Shown piece by piece: positions 20,797 through 32,746 of a stretch of 43,156 bases of DNA. The position numbers and the translations under genes are program-made. How positions within the stretch are numbered: the first letter of the stretch is position 1; every line of letters starts with the position of its first letter. The notes beneath the pieces were generated by a model, which was not told the DNA's origin, made no database searches, and saw only the letters and a program-made list of their open reading frames with translations. Source of the DNA: Octopus sinensis (lineage: Eukaryota); the NCBI RefSeq assembly GCF_006345805.1, contig NW_021834998.1, forward strand, positions 1 to 43,156. Reading direction: 5' to 3'.

Positions 20797-22974
20797 CTCC
20801 CAAGTATACTACTCAAAGGACTGTCCTTACAGGGGGGACATTACTCCCAAGTATACTACTCAAAGGACTGTCCTTACAGGGGAGACATTACTCCCAAGTA
20901 TACTACTCAGAGGACTGTCGTTACAGGGGGGACATTACTCCCAAGTATACTACTCAGAGGACTGTCCTTACAGGGGGGACATTACTCCCAAGTATACTAC
21001 TCAGAGGACTGTCCTTACAGTGGGGACATTACTCCCAAGTATACTACTCAGAGGACTGTCCTTACAGGGGGGACATTACTCCCAAGTATACTACTCAGAG
21101 GACTGTCCTTACAGTGGGGACATTACTCCCAAGTATACTACTCAGAGGACTGTCCTTACAGGGGGGACATTACTGCCAAGTATACTACTCAGAGGACTGT
21201 CCTTACAGGGGGGACATTACTGCCAAGTAAACTACTCAGAGGACTGTCCTTACAGGGGGGACATTACTCCCAAGCATACTACTCAGAGGTCTGTCCTTAC
21301 AGGGTGGACATTACTCCCAAGTATACTACTCAAAGGACTGTCCTTACAGGGGAGACATTACTCCCAAGTAAACTACTCAGAGGACTGTCTTTACAGGGGA
21401 GACATTACTCCCAAGTATACTACTTAAAGGACTGTCCTTACAGGGGGACATTACTCCCAAGTATACTACTCAGAGGACTGTCCTTACAGGGGGGACATTA
21501 CTGCCAAGTAAACTACTCAGAGGACTGTCCTTACAGGGGGGACATTACTGCCAAGTAAACTACTCAGAGGACTGTCCTTACAGGGGGGACATTACTCCCA
21601 AGCATACTACTCAGAGGTCTGTCCTTACAGGGTGGACATTACTCCCAAGTAAACTACTCAGAGGACTGTCTTTACAGGGGAGACATTACTCCCAAGTATA
21701 CTACTTAAAGGACTGTCCTTACAGGGGGGACATTACTCCCAAGTATACTACTCAGAGGACTGTCCTTACAGGGGGACATTACTGCCAAGTAAACTACTCA
21801 GAGGACTGTCCTTACAGGGGGACATTACTCCCAAGTATACTACTTAAAGGACTGTCCTTACAGGGGGACATTACTGCCAAGTAAACTACTCAGAGGACTG
21901 TCCTTACAGGGGGGACATTACTGCCAAGTAAACTACTCAGAGGACTGTCCTTACAGGGGGGACATTACTCCCAAGCATACTACTCAGAGGTCTGTCCTTA
22001 CAGGGGAGACATTACTCCCAAGTAAACTACTCAGAGGACTGTCTTTACAGGGGAGACATTACTCCCAAGTATACTACTTAAAGGACTGTCCTTACAGGGG
22101 GGACATTACTCCCAAGTATACTACTCAGAGGACTGTCCTTACAGGGGGGACATTACTGCCAAGTATACTACTCAGAGGACTGTCCTTACAGGGGGGACAT
22201 TACTGCCAAGTAAACTACTCAGAGGACTGTCCTTACAGGGGGGACATTACTCCCAAGCATACTACTCAGAGGGTCTGTCCTTACAGGTGGACATTACTCC
22301 CAAGTATACTACTCAAAGGACTGTCCTTACAGGGGAGACATTACTCCCAAGTAAACTACTCAGAGGACTGTCTTTACAGGGGAGACATTACTCCCAAGTA
22401 TACTACTTAAAGGACTGTCCTTACAGGGGGGACATTACTCCCAAGTATACTACTCAGAGGACTGTCCTTACAGGGGGGACATTACTCCCAAGTATACTAC
22501 TTAAAGGACTGTCCTTACAGGGGGGACATTAGTCCCAAGTATACTACTCAGAGGACTGTCCTTACAGGGGGGACATTACTCCCAAGTATACTACTCAGAG
22601 GACTGTCCTTACAGTGGGGACATTACTCCCAAGTATACTACTCAGAGGACTGTCTTTACAGGGGGGACATTACTGCCAAGTATACTACTCAGAGGACTGT
22701 CCTTACAGGGGGGACATTACTGCCAAGTAAACTACTCAGAGGACTGTCCTTACAGGGGGGACATTACTCCCAAGCATACTACTCAGAGGACTGTCCTTAC
22801 AGGGTGGACATTACTCCCAAGTATACTACTCAAAGGACTGTCCTTACAGGGGAGACATTACTCCCAAGTAAACTACTCAGAGGACTGTCTTTACAGGGGA
22901 GACATTACTCCCAAGTATACTACTCAGAGGACTGTCCTTACAGGGGAGACATTACTCCCAAGTATACCACTCAG
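20797..22974 (+). repeat. 47-bp tandem array, block 2 (about 46 units) with higher-order variant order
   Basis: Same unit and orientation as block 1; recurring ordered variants. Confidence 0.97.
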
Positions 22975-23330
22975 GCGAACATCGCCGTCCATGATTTTGC
23001 AATTTACTTTTCTGTAAAGGTAGTCGTCATCATACGGGGGTGCAGTCAAATTTGGGCAGGTTCAGCCGAAAGGAGGTTCTGAGTTGGCGAGATAGGCCTG
23101 GAGCCATCGACGAGAAAAACAGTTCCCGTCAACAGTTCATGTTTGACGGTCGAAGCAAACGATGGGGAGGTTTTGTTACTGGATGTGAGAAAGTCTAAGA
23201 CGGAAGAGGCAAAGCAGAACAACTTAAGCCAATGATATTCCCTGTTGGAGGCCAGAGCGTCGTCAATTGCGGTGGACAAAGAGGAAGCAGCTAGGTTACG
23301 AGCAGCTTTTGCGAATAATTTAAACATTAA
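22975..23330 (-). mobile_element. CRE-like element N-terminal (pre-RT) fragment truncated at the array
   Basis: AKAARNLAASSLSTAIDDALASNREYHWLKLFCFASSVL..YLYRKVNCKIMDGDVR. The DGDVR motif precedes the RT in CRE elements. Confidence 0.65.
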
Positions 23331-24606
23331 AAGAAACTACATCGTAAAAATGCCATTTTCCCAAAAAAACTGGCGAGCAATATAGGGTAAACTGTATTTG
23401 GCAACTAAGGCTCCACGTTCTTAGACAAATTTGAATATTAAATGAATAAATAATTTTTTCTTTTTCTATTGTTGCGTGCTGTTTATCCTCATATTCATAT
23501 GGAAAATGACTTCGATAAGATGAGCAAGAAGGATTCAGTCCAAACTTTCACGGATCCGGACATAACACATTGTCATGTTCTGCATTATCTTGCCAATTAG
23601 TCGGGTCTCCGTTTATTAAATATCAATGTCTATTAAATATGCTTGTTTACGTTCGACGTAATTTTCCGTTGTTTCGAGTGGATGGTGACTCAGCAGGAAG
23701 TCAAAGTGCACTTTTCAAGTCAGTTGAATGTATCCATTGCCAGTAGATTTTATTCGAGTCACAGGGTTGCAGTCGACTGCCATTTTGTCTTTTTGTGGCA
23801 GTCTTGACCAGGTTTATACAGCGAGTAATCCGACAGAGCATTGATATTATTGTCAACTGAAATTTGACAGACTACATATCGAGAAACGCAGTGAGACAAG
23901 AGTTGACCTGCTCATCACAATTGTCGAGAGTCGGGGATTACTTTTAGTATAGGCTGTTGCGGGGAATAAAAAGAGGTTATGTTTTGCGTTTAAGAAGAAT
24001 GATCGGGAAGATGTTTGAAAATGTTCTGAAACAGCTGAAAGAGAAAATATGAATGAAATATTATTTAACCTTTCAATGAAACATTGGATAATAACCGTTC
24101 AAATAAACTATTTGTTCTTTTAGTAATATGTGGTGACTTTATATAGCCAAGTGAAATTTACATACACAGTACAGGCAATTGATAACTATTAGAATAGATT
24201 GACTATTGGCTCTGATTTGCACAAGTTTATTGTCGAAACCGCTTAAATCAAATAAATTTTTAAATAGATATTGAATGAAACAACATCTTATAAATGTTAG
24301 ATCATAGATACACAAGTAGTTATCTTTCTTTGATTAAAAAATTATTTATAATATAAATTGATTATCCTAATATTGTTTAAAAATTTGACTTTGATACGAA
24401 TCATTGGATAAAGCTTCGCAAATTAAATTCACTTTGATTTTTAAAGGAGAATTTACATTTTCTTGATTTTGGTTTATGCAGTCAACGTCACTCTCGGCCA
24501 TTATGGGAATATATTTACTAAAATTCCACAACTAAAAATGAGATAGGCAAATCTAATCCAATTTATCAAAACAGAGGATAATTTGAATATAATGTATCCC
24601 TTTCGT

Positions 24607-24631
24607 GTGACGTCACAAAAAAGTATATAAA
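24607..24631 (+). promoter_or_regulatory. Candidate promoter: CRE/ATF palindrome plus TATA box upstream of the cadherin gene
   Basis: GTGACGTCAC at 24607-24616 and TATATAAA at 24624-24631, about 30 nt before the ATG at 24662. Confidence 0.45.
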
Positions 24632-24661
24632 CAGAAATCGACTTAGGAAAATAATCATATA

Positions 24662-27137
24662 ATGGTTATTATCTAGATTAATAGATAGACTATACTCCTT
24701 CTATTCCTCTCACTGTCCACGGCAACGGACCTCTCTGTCTACGAAGAAACACCCGTGGGGACATTCATTGGCAACTACTGTCTTCTCTCAAAGATTTCAT
24801 GCAGATCGTACAACTCCCTCAGTTTCGACAAAAACATGTTATCTATTGACTTATCGGGGGATATTAAGGTTGTCATTTCTGAAGACTCACTGCTTAGGTG
24901 ACACAGAGAATTGACTCCGATAGCATCCCGGGAAGAATCATCAACATCAACCTCACTCTCAAAAAAGTCTCATTGGCGACTATCTACGATATTATTAAAC
25001 TGAAGGTCATTGACATTAACGACAATCCCCCAAAATTCCCGAGCTGGCGGACTATTATGCTTCCCTCAATTTCCCAGGATTTATTCTCCACTTACCTAAG
25101 GCTGAGGACAGAGACTTGGGGATCAACGCCATTCAACGGTATGAGCTGTTGGGAAAAGGACCTTTCTCACTCACGGAAAATAGGTCGTCCCCAGTCCTCA
25201 TATCTCACTCAGCCAACGCTCAAAAGTCGGTCAAACTGCGACTATTGGTATTTGACGATCAAAAAATCGTTTTTTGGTCATTTATGGACGTTTTTATCAC
25301 CTTTGGCGACTCCTACAAAGCCACTACTCAGTTCTACGACGTGGTCTTCAGTCACTCGGCCAATAAAGGGACCCCACTACTCAATGTAGGGCCCACTAAG
25401 GACTACATACAGCACGTGTACAAATTAGAGGGGAACAAATACTCTATTGACACATATGGAACAATAATAAAGAATGATGATGAAAAAATAATCAAAGACC
25501 AGCTAAATGTGTTAGTGGATAACACAAGAGGGCAAATTACGTCCTATCAAGTGCAGATTGAGACTGTTGAACGAAAAAACTTGTCATTAAAATGGACTAA
25601 TCAGAAAAGCAAGATTTTCAACGTGCTAAGGAACACTTCCTTTATTGCTCAGTTGTGTGTAAGCTGTCATGAAAATGATTTAAACGTGGAATGCAAAACC
25701 AATACAAAAAGTGTCGTTCTGGTAAGAGTTAAAAGCAACGTGTTTAATCTAACTCTCGTGGATTATTCAAATGTCATTCCCAAAATATTTGTGTACGTGT
25801 ATTGCACGTGGGTTGAGAATATCACAAGATATAGTACATGGTACCCACATGAGGAAACGTCGAAAGACATTGTTCAAGTTTGAATTATTTTATTCAAATA
25901 GATATTTCCCAAAGATGACCAAGTACCTCAATTATTGGGAATTTATGAAGACATGCCTTTAGACACCGTTGCCTTGTTGGGAGTGGATAATGCGTTTGAA
26001 ATAGAATTAAATGACTACTTTAATTGCCATCAAGTGTTTCGCAAAGACAATAAAGTTGGGTGCTTCGAAGTCGGCTCGCGGAAAATTTTCGACAGGGAAA
26101 AACTGGACAACCTCACTATAGGTTTTCTCTTTTGGAACGAAACGATCAATCCTTTGACAATCAGAATACTGGACTTGAATGAATATCCCCCCGTCTTCAG
26201 AAATAAAAACTGTGCCATTTCGATCAAGTTGGATACTCCGTCGGGACTTGAGTTGGCGAGAGTGTTGGCAGAAGATGAGGACATAGGACCCGACAGGGAG
26301 ATATGGTATAGAATGATGTCTGTGGAGAATATGAGTGATTACAGCAATAGCCACGGCATGTTCTCCATTGATTTGAGTACTGGAAGACTGAGAACAAGCA
26401 AAAAAATAAACAGGACGGGGTATTTCCTCGTGAACCTCCGAGCTTCTGACTCAGGACCCCAGAATTTGTTTGCGGATTTACACTGTCTCGTCCAAGTCGT
26501 TGATCTTTCTTCCGTTTTTGTGTATTCCTACAAAGGAAGTGTACTGGGACTATCCTCGACCATCGAATCGTCGAACATTCAAGTGGGAGATGTTTTCCTA
26601 CAAAATTCACGTTTCACATATGACTTCACTTTTTTTGTCGTTAATGACACGAATGGACATTTCCGATGTGACCCCGATTCTGGGAATGTGACTTTGGTTA
26701 AGCAAATGTCTCCCGGCGACTATTTGAAGTTGACCATCAAAGCTGTTTTCCGTCCCAATCCTTCCTTGTGGACGCTGTACTCCGTAGATTTGTTCTTACG
26801 GAATCCAATAGTGAGCGGATTGAGTGCCACTTTCGTGTCAGTTCCTGTCGTAGTTCTAATAATTTGTGTCGGGTTTGTGTGCTTGGGAGTCTATCTGTAT
26901 CGAAAGCACAGATCACCTCGAAAAATAGAGGTGAAATTTACATCTACCCTATAGCGACACACCGAGTAATTATAACTAATTATTTTTGTTATGTATAATT
27001 TATGGATTTGTAGTCCGATTATAACAGCGGTATTTGCAGGTGAGAATATCCAAAGTCGTGCTGAAAAATTGCAGGACTTTGACACATCAATCATTAATGT
27101 TGCCACTTCAAGTGTTAGTGTTAATTCTCGCTTCTAA
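24662..27137 (+). CDS. Protocadherin-like cadherin-repeat membrane protein (about 6-7 EC repeats, TM, short tail)
   Basis: Signal-like MTILLLFLSLSTA after a mini-intron, then VYEETPVGTFIGN, DINDNPPKF, AEDRDLGINAIQRYEL, DLNEYPPVF, AEDEDIG, ASDSG and TM VPVVVLIICVGFVCLGVYLY. The 3' exons are approximate. Confidence 0.82.
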
Positions 27138-28364
27138 GTAAGAATTAACGTTTTTCGCGAACTTCTGTTTTAGAGAGCTATATGTCGACAACAAAGAAAT
27201 ACTATACTTTTTCGACGTTTAAGCTCGGAAAACCCTATATGTTTGACATAAAATTGGTTTCAGAACGACGAATCAAGAAATATAAAATAAATGACAAATC
27301 GGGAAAATATAAAAATGTCATAATTGAATGTCAGATAGTCAAAATGTAATGTAGTATTGTTAAAATGAATTAATGAATTTATAACATACAAGACCAAATA
27401 AAGTTTTAATTAATTAGTATGACCCTCGGATAGCGTGTGAATTTCCGCGGACAATTGCACACGAAATCATCTGGAAGAGCCACGAAGTCTCCCGCGGATC
27501 ACCTGTTTTTTTGGAGATTAGACCACAAATCTTCGAATGAACGAAAAACTCTCTGTTCCAAACTCCAGAAGTCTCCACAGCGATCGGCTGGAAAAGATAT
27601 CTGTCTGCCAGGAAGAGTATTTTTTTTTCTTCAACTCTTCAGAACGTTTTGCAGCAGAGCCAGGAAAGGATGCCGAACTTCCGAATGAAGAAGGTCCAAA
27701 ATTGTTAAAATTGATATAAAAAATGTAAGAATTGAATACCACATTATCAACTTTGCATATCGCGTTGTCAAATCTGATGTAAAAATGTCAAAATTTTATT
27801 CATTGAATATTAAAAATATATCATAAATCACTTTGTTATATTTATTTTTTAATCAAAAAACAGCTAATGAAAACACAATTAAATTGATCAAAGAAATATT
27901 TTTGCGGTCTATAACCGGCCTTAAGTTATTTTTAACCAAATTGTGAATTTTCCATTTTTAAACAAATCGAGCCCCAGTTCAATTCGGACATTACTAGCAA
28001 AATTGATTTACTCTTTTCGAAAATTATTACTTAGAATATTAGGATAGAAGTATTTTTCATCAAAATTTCGTATGAATATATTTTGCGGTATTCTCTCAGG
28101 TCGGTTTAGATTATCGAAATTTCAGAAACACAATCTCCTTGCAAATTAATTGTCGATTCTCTATGAAACAGAAATAAATATTGTTATCGCAGTCTTTATT
28201 TCAGATATCTGGACAATCATTGAGACATCCCCTCTGGTATTTACACTGTTTATAAGCTACTAGGTAGAATTGTGTTTTAATTAAAATTATCTTAATTTTT
28301 AGTTACCCAATTATTAATGAAAACATAATAAATTGTGGCACGTGTGAGCACTCTTTTGGGCAAA

Positions 28365-28850
28365 ACATCTCAGGACCGCTTAAAACAAGTGGAAGTTGAA
28401 AACTTCACAAATATGATTTCCTTGCAAATGAACTGTCACTACTCTACGAATGCCAAGTTAAAATTATTCCCGTGGTTCTGACCTGGGATGGTGTTGTCAC
28501 AAGATGCTTCAAAAATTATATGGATAAACTATATATTGAAAAATCTACAATGACATACATCCAATCGGTTGTGCTCAAAAGGACGCTAGAGAGCATGATA
28601 ATTGAACACAAGCATGGAATGATGATAACTGGCGAGGAATATACTTCTGCGACCGATCAACTAGTAGAAATGGCATGCCGCCAGGACATTCCATTCAAAG
28701 ATAAAAGACGCACAACAACTGACGCAGAGATAGAGAATGAAGAGGAACAGCAGCAGACTCTTCTCCTAAAAGGAGAGAGAGACTACCAATCAGGATTGAA
28801 AGTCCTAATTAAATATTTTAATCTAAATTAAATTTGGTTTCGTAAATAAA
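28365..28850 (+). mobile_element. 5'-truncated copy of the RLE retroelement (endonuclease C-terminus plus 3' UTR)
   Basis: QDRLKQVEVE..KYDFLANELSL..KVKIIPVVLTWDGVVTRCFKNYMDKL..YIQSVVLKRTLES, close to 32220-32460; ends with the same AATAAATG. Confidence 0.88.
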
Positions 28851-29141
28851 TGAATTAATTGAATAATAAGAATTATAATGGAAGTTATCAAAGTTTAAAA
28901 CGTCAATATTTACATAAAATAAATTAATGAGGTCAAAAATTTATTCAACTTTCTCTGATCGTGTAAATATCAGAATTATATGCTAATATCAATACGCCAA
29001 ATATAAAAAAATATTAAAAAAGAAATTTTTAAATTTTCAGAAAAATAGAATTAATTTAGAAAATTATTAAACAAATAAAAGATTTATTAACAAATTAATT
29101 TAAATAAAAATTAATTAACATATATTTTATCTGATGTCAAA

Positions 29142-32100
29142 AAAAAAAAAAAAACGTGTTGTTGTGGTGCTGTTCATGTCCGTTTTTCTCGATAAGAAGA
29201 AAATGAATCCCATGGGCCCTCCTGCAGAAGTAAATTATAAAAAAAGATATGGTGGATGTAGGAACGATGTCTCTGGGGCTGGATAATGCCACAAGAGCTT
29301 ATATAAACAATAACCCTACGTTTGGAAGTCGTGTTGCCAATACTAACTTTCACACTCTTTCTGTCATTATTGAGGATGTCGATTGTGTCTCTAAGAATGA
29401 ATGGGTGTCACAGGCTGTTCATGCCCACAGACAAAGACTGGGGAGAATACCCAGAGGTGGCTGGAGTTTTATCCTTGAAAAGTTCAACGTGAAATTTTCT
29501 GAGAGTACGAGTCTAACCAGATTGAAAAATATGGCCAATCTCAAACCAGTAGTTGGTAACAATAATGAAGCTGTGGATCTAATAGCAAAACAATTCCCAA
29601 CAAGGGAACAAGTGGAAATCTCCAATTTCAGAAATTGCCTGGAAGAGATTAATTTCCAAATTAAGGAAGTTAAATCGATACCGAGAGAGGCTCGTAAGCC
29701 TACATGGAAAATTCCAAGAAACCACCTCGAGATATCAATGCAATTTGTGATATTTTATATGCTGCCCAGTGTGCCTACTCAGTCTTAACTAAGAAAGTTA
29801 AGCCACAGACCACATGGTTGGGAAATACCGAGGCGAAGATCTCAAAATTATCCGCAGAACTAGAACTTGTAAATTGTTACGTAAGACAGGCTCTGCCACA
29901 GTGTGAAAAACAAAATGTGATGGATATTCTATGTCGTTATGGATATAAAAAGAAGAAAAAAGGAGAGCTTTCGAGAATCGAATCCTTACTACATGACCTA
30001 ATCAGAGTTAAGAAAAAAACAAATTGCTGTATATAACTCGAGGAAGGACTTCCGTAAGGACAATGTTTGCTTCGAACTAAACAGAAGAAGATTTTACAGA
30101 AACTTATCAAAGAGTAATGAAGTCACAACATACTCTTTTGACGATGAGGAGTGCATGTCGTTCTGGGAAAAAGTATGGAGCAAAAGGCGCGAAATATCCG
30201 TGTCACTGGACAATTTAGTAAAAGAATAACCGGCAGTGAAGACATGTTGCCAGATTTAACAAATAATTACATAATGGAGATCATTAAATATCTTCCTGAC
30301 TGGAAGGCACCGGGATGTGGACGGAATATATAATTTCTTCATTAAAAGACTAGAATCTCTGCATGAATTTTTATGTGTTGAAATCAAGAAAATAATCAAC
30401 GGTGATTACATGCCAGAAAACTGGTTTTATACTGGAATTACATATCTAATTCCTAAAAAGAACGATTGTGAGACCCCGAAAGATTTACGGCCTATAACAT
30501 GCATGTCGACACTTTATGAGTTAGTTACCAAGTGTGTTAATGGAAAACTGTCTGAGTTCATGGATGTATTTGGCTTAATTTCCGACAATCAACTTGGTAC
30601 GAGGAGACAGTGTCAGGGTGCTAAAGAACAGGCCCTTATTAACCAATGCCTAAATAAAGAGTATGGAAATGGGCTATACTCTGCATGGATTGATGTCAAG
30701 AAGGCTTTCGATTCTGTTGACCACGACTTTCTATTTCATGTGTTGGAGTGCTCTGGGATACCTTTATGGATAGTTAACTTTGTGAAAAGTACTGTACGAA
30801 TGTGGACTGTAAAGCTCCATGTTGACGGAAGGAGAATTGGTTCTGTAAAGTTGAGCCGAGGGATTTTACAAGGAGACTCGTTATCTCCGCAACTGTTTGT
30901 TATGGTGATGGACCCACTAAGCAGGATTCTTAATGCCATGTTTCCAAAGGTTCAGATAATCAACAGGACCCAAATATGTTGACCTATTCTACTAATCATT
31001 TGTTCTTCATTGACGACCTAAAGATATTCGCTCTTAAAGAAGATGTAGTAATAAAAATGATGGAAGCTGTTGATGGATTCTTTAAAACTGTTGGCTTGGA
31101 GATGAATTCAGAAAAGTCTGCATCAAATGTCAAATCTTTATCTTGTTGTGAGACTTTGGAAGGAGTCAAAGGATATCGCTACTTGGGTGTACTTGAAGAT
31201 GCAGGAAGTAATGTTCTTAAGAGTAAAGTAATGGATTCTATCCTTGGAAATGTAAAGGAAAGGATAACCATGCTTTCAAAGACGAAATTAAATGCGGTAA
31301 ATTTATTCCACGCTATAAATGAACATGCCATTTCTCTATATAATTATTACATTGGACTCATTAATATTGAACCTCATGAATTTGATTGTATTGACCGTCT
31401 CAATACGACAACTTCTTACGACTCTCAGACTCCATCTCAAACCTGCAAATAAAGAGAGGTTATATTTAAATCGGAAATCTCTTGGGAGAGGACTTGCTTC
31501 AGTCTCTTTCAGAAGTGAACTGATACTTTTCCAGTTCATGAAAAGTTTAGAAAGACAGTCGACAGTATGCTTACGGAGATCGGGAATCCTGCGTGTGATA
31601 CAAATAAATAAATGGCATATGGCCACAATTGCAGGATTTCTCGCCTCCAAGTATGCAATTCTCGACATGGAGAATTTGGGTGTTGAATTTATCAAAGATG
31701 CTCAAAGAAAAAATATTGCTTAAGAACATCAATTGTAAAATGCTACATTCGGTTCTATTCAAATGCATGGACGAACAAAATGTTGATCTAGCCACATCCT
31801 CAGAGTGGTTATCTAAAGGAAATAATGGTCCACGGAGTGAAGCATTGTACTGTCTCTTGCAGGATAGGAATTTGTTCTTCACATCCATGGGATCTTTATG
31901 CAGTCACTGCAAAAAAATGCAAGAAAAACAGTTGATCATTTGGCTACGCAGTGTGGGAAGATGTTAAACAGTGATTATCTGCGGAGACACAATGAAGTTG
32001 TGAAGTGCATTCACCTTCATTGTGTCGAACCTACGGTTAATAAGAGGGAAGCAAATTAAAGACTCATTCTGTTCAGTCCATATTATCGACGCAGAATGTT

Positions 32101-32718
32101 GAAATCAGAGTCGATATGTCAATCATGACGGAAACTAAAGTTCAATCCAACAAACCAGATATCTTCGTGTATGACAAAACCAAACAAGAGATAACCTTAA
32201 TTGAAGTTGGCATCACGTCACAAGATCGCCTCAAACAAGTCGAAATCGAGAAATTTCGTAAATATGATCTGCTCGCAAACGAACTTTCGATACTTTATGA
32301 TGCAAAGGTAAAGATTATCCCGGTTGTCTTGACCTGGGACGGTGTTGTTTCGAGATATTTCAAAAACTATACGGACAAATTATCGATCGAAAAAGCCACA
32401 AGAACTTATATTCAATCTGTCGTTTTAAAAAGGACTCTAGAAAGCATGGTAGTTGAACACAGACATGGAGTGAGAGTATCTGCCGAAGAATACGCCTCTG
32501 CTGCTTACCAGCTTGCAGAAGTGGCATGCTGCCGTGACACGCCGGGGTGAAAGATGTGAGACAAATAGAAAATCTATCTGACTGGGAGATGGGAGTGAGA
32601 AGGAACTGGTTGCAAGGTCTTCTCCTAAAAGGAGGAGAAAGATTCCAATAAGCGGGACTGAGAATCTAAATTAAATAGTCTAGCTTAAGTTAAATTTTGT
32701 TTCTTTTAATAATAAATG
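29142..32718 (+). mobile_element. Apparently full-length RLE-type non-LTR retrotransposon (R4/Dong-like)
   Basis: RT motifs WKAPG.DGIYNFFIK, LRPITCMS, WIDVKKAFDSVDH, GILQGDSLSP and FIDDLK; CCHC (CSHC..DHL..C..YLRRHNEV); RLE NKPDIFVYD..LIEVG. 12-bp TSD TCTGATGTCAAA at 29130-29141 and 32719-32730. Confidence 0.9.
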
Positions 32719-32746
32719 TCTGATGTCAAATCTTGTAGGTCATTAT

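Noticed and set aside
18286-22974. CRISPR array
   Set aside because: Units are head-to-tail with no unique spacers, there are no cas genes, and the context is eukaryotic.
27420-27742. Overlapping short ORFs downstream of the cadherin
   Set aside because: No family recognised, and nothing favours one frame or strand.
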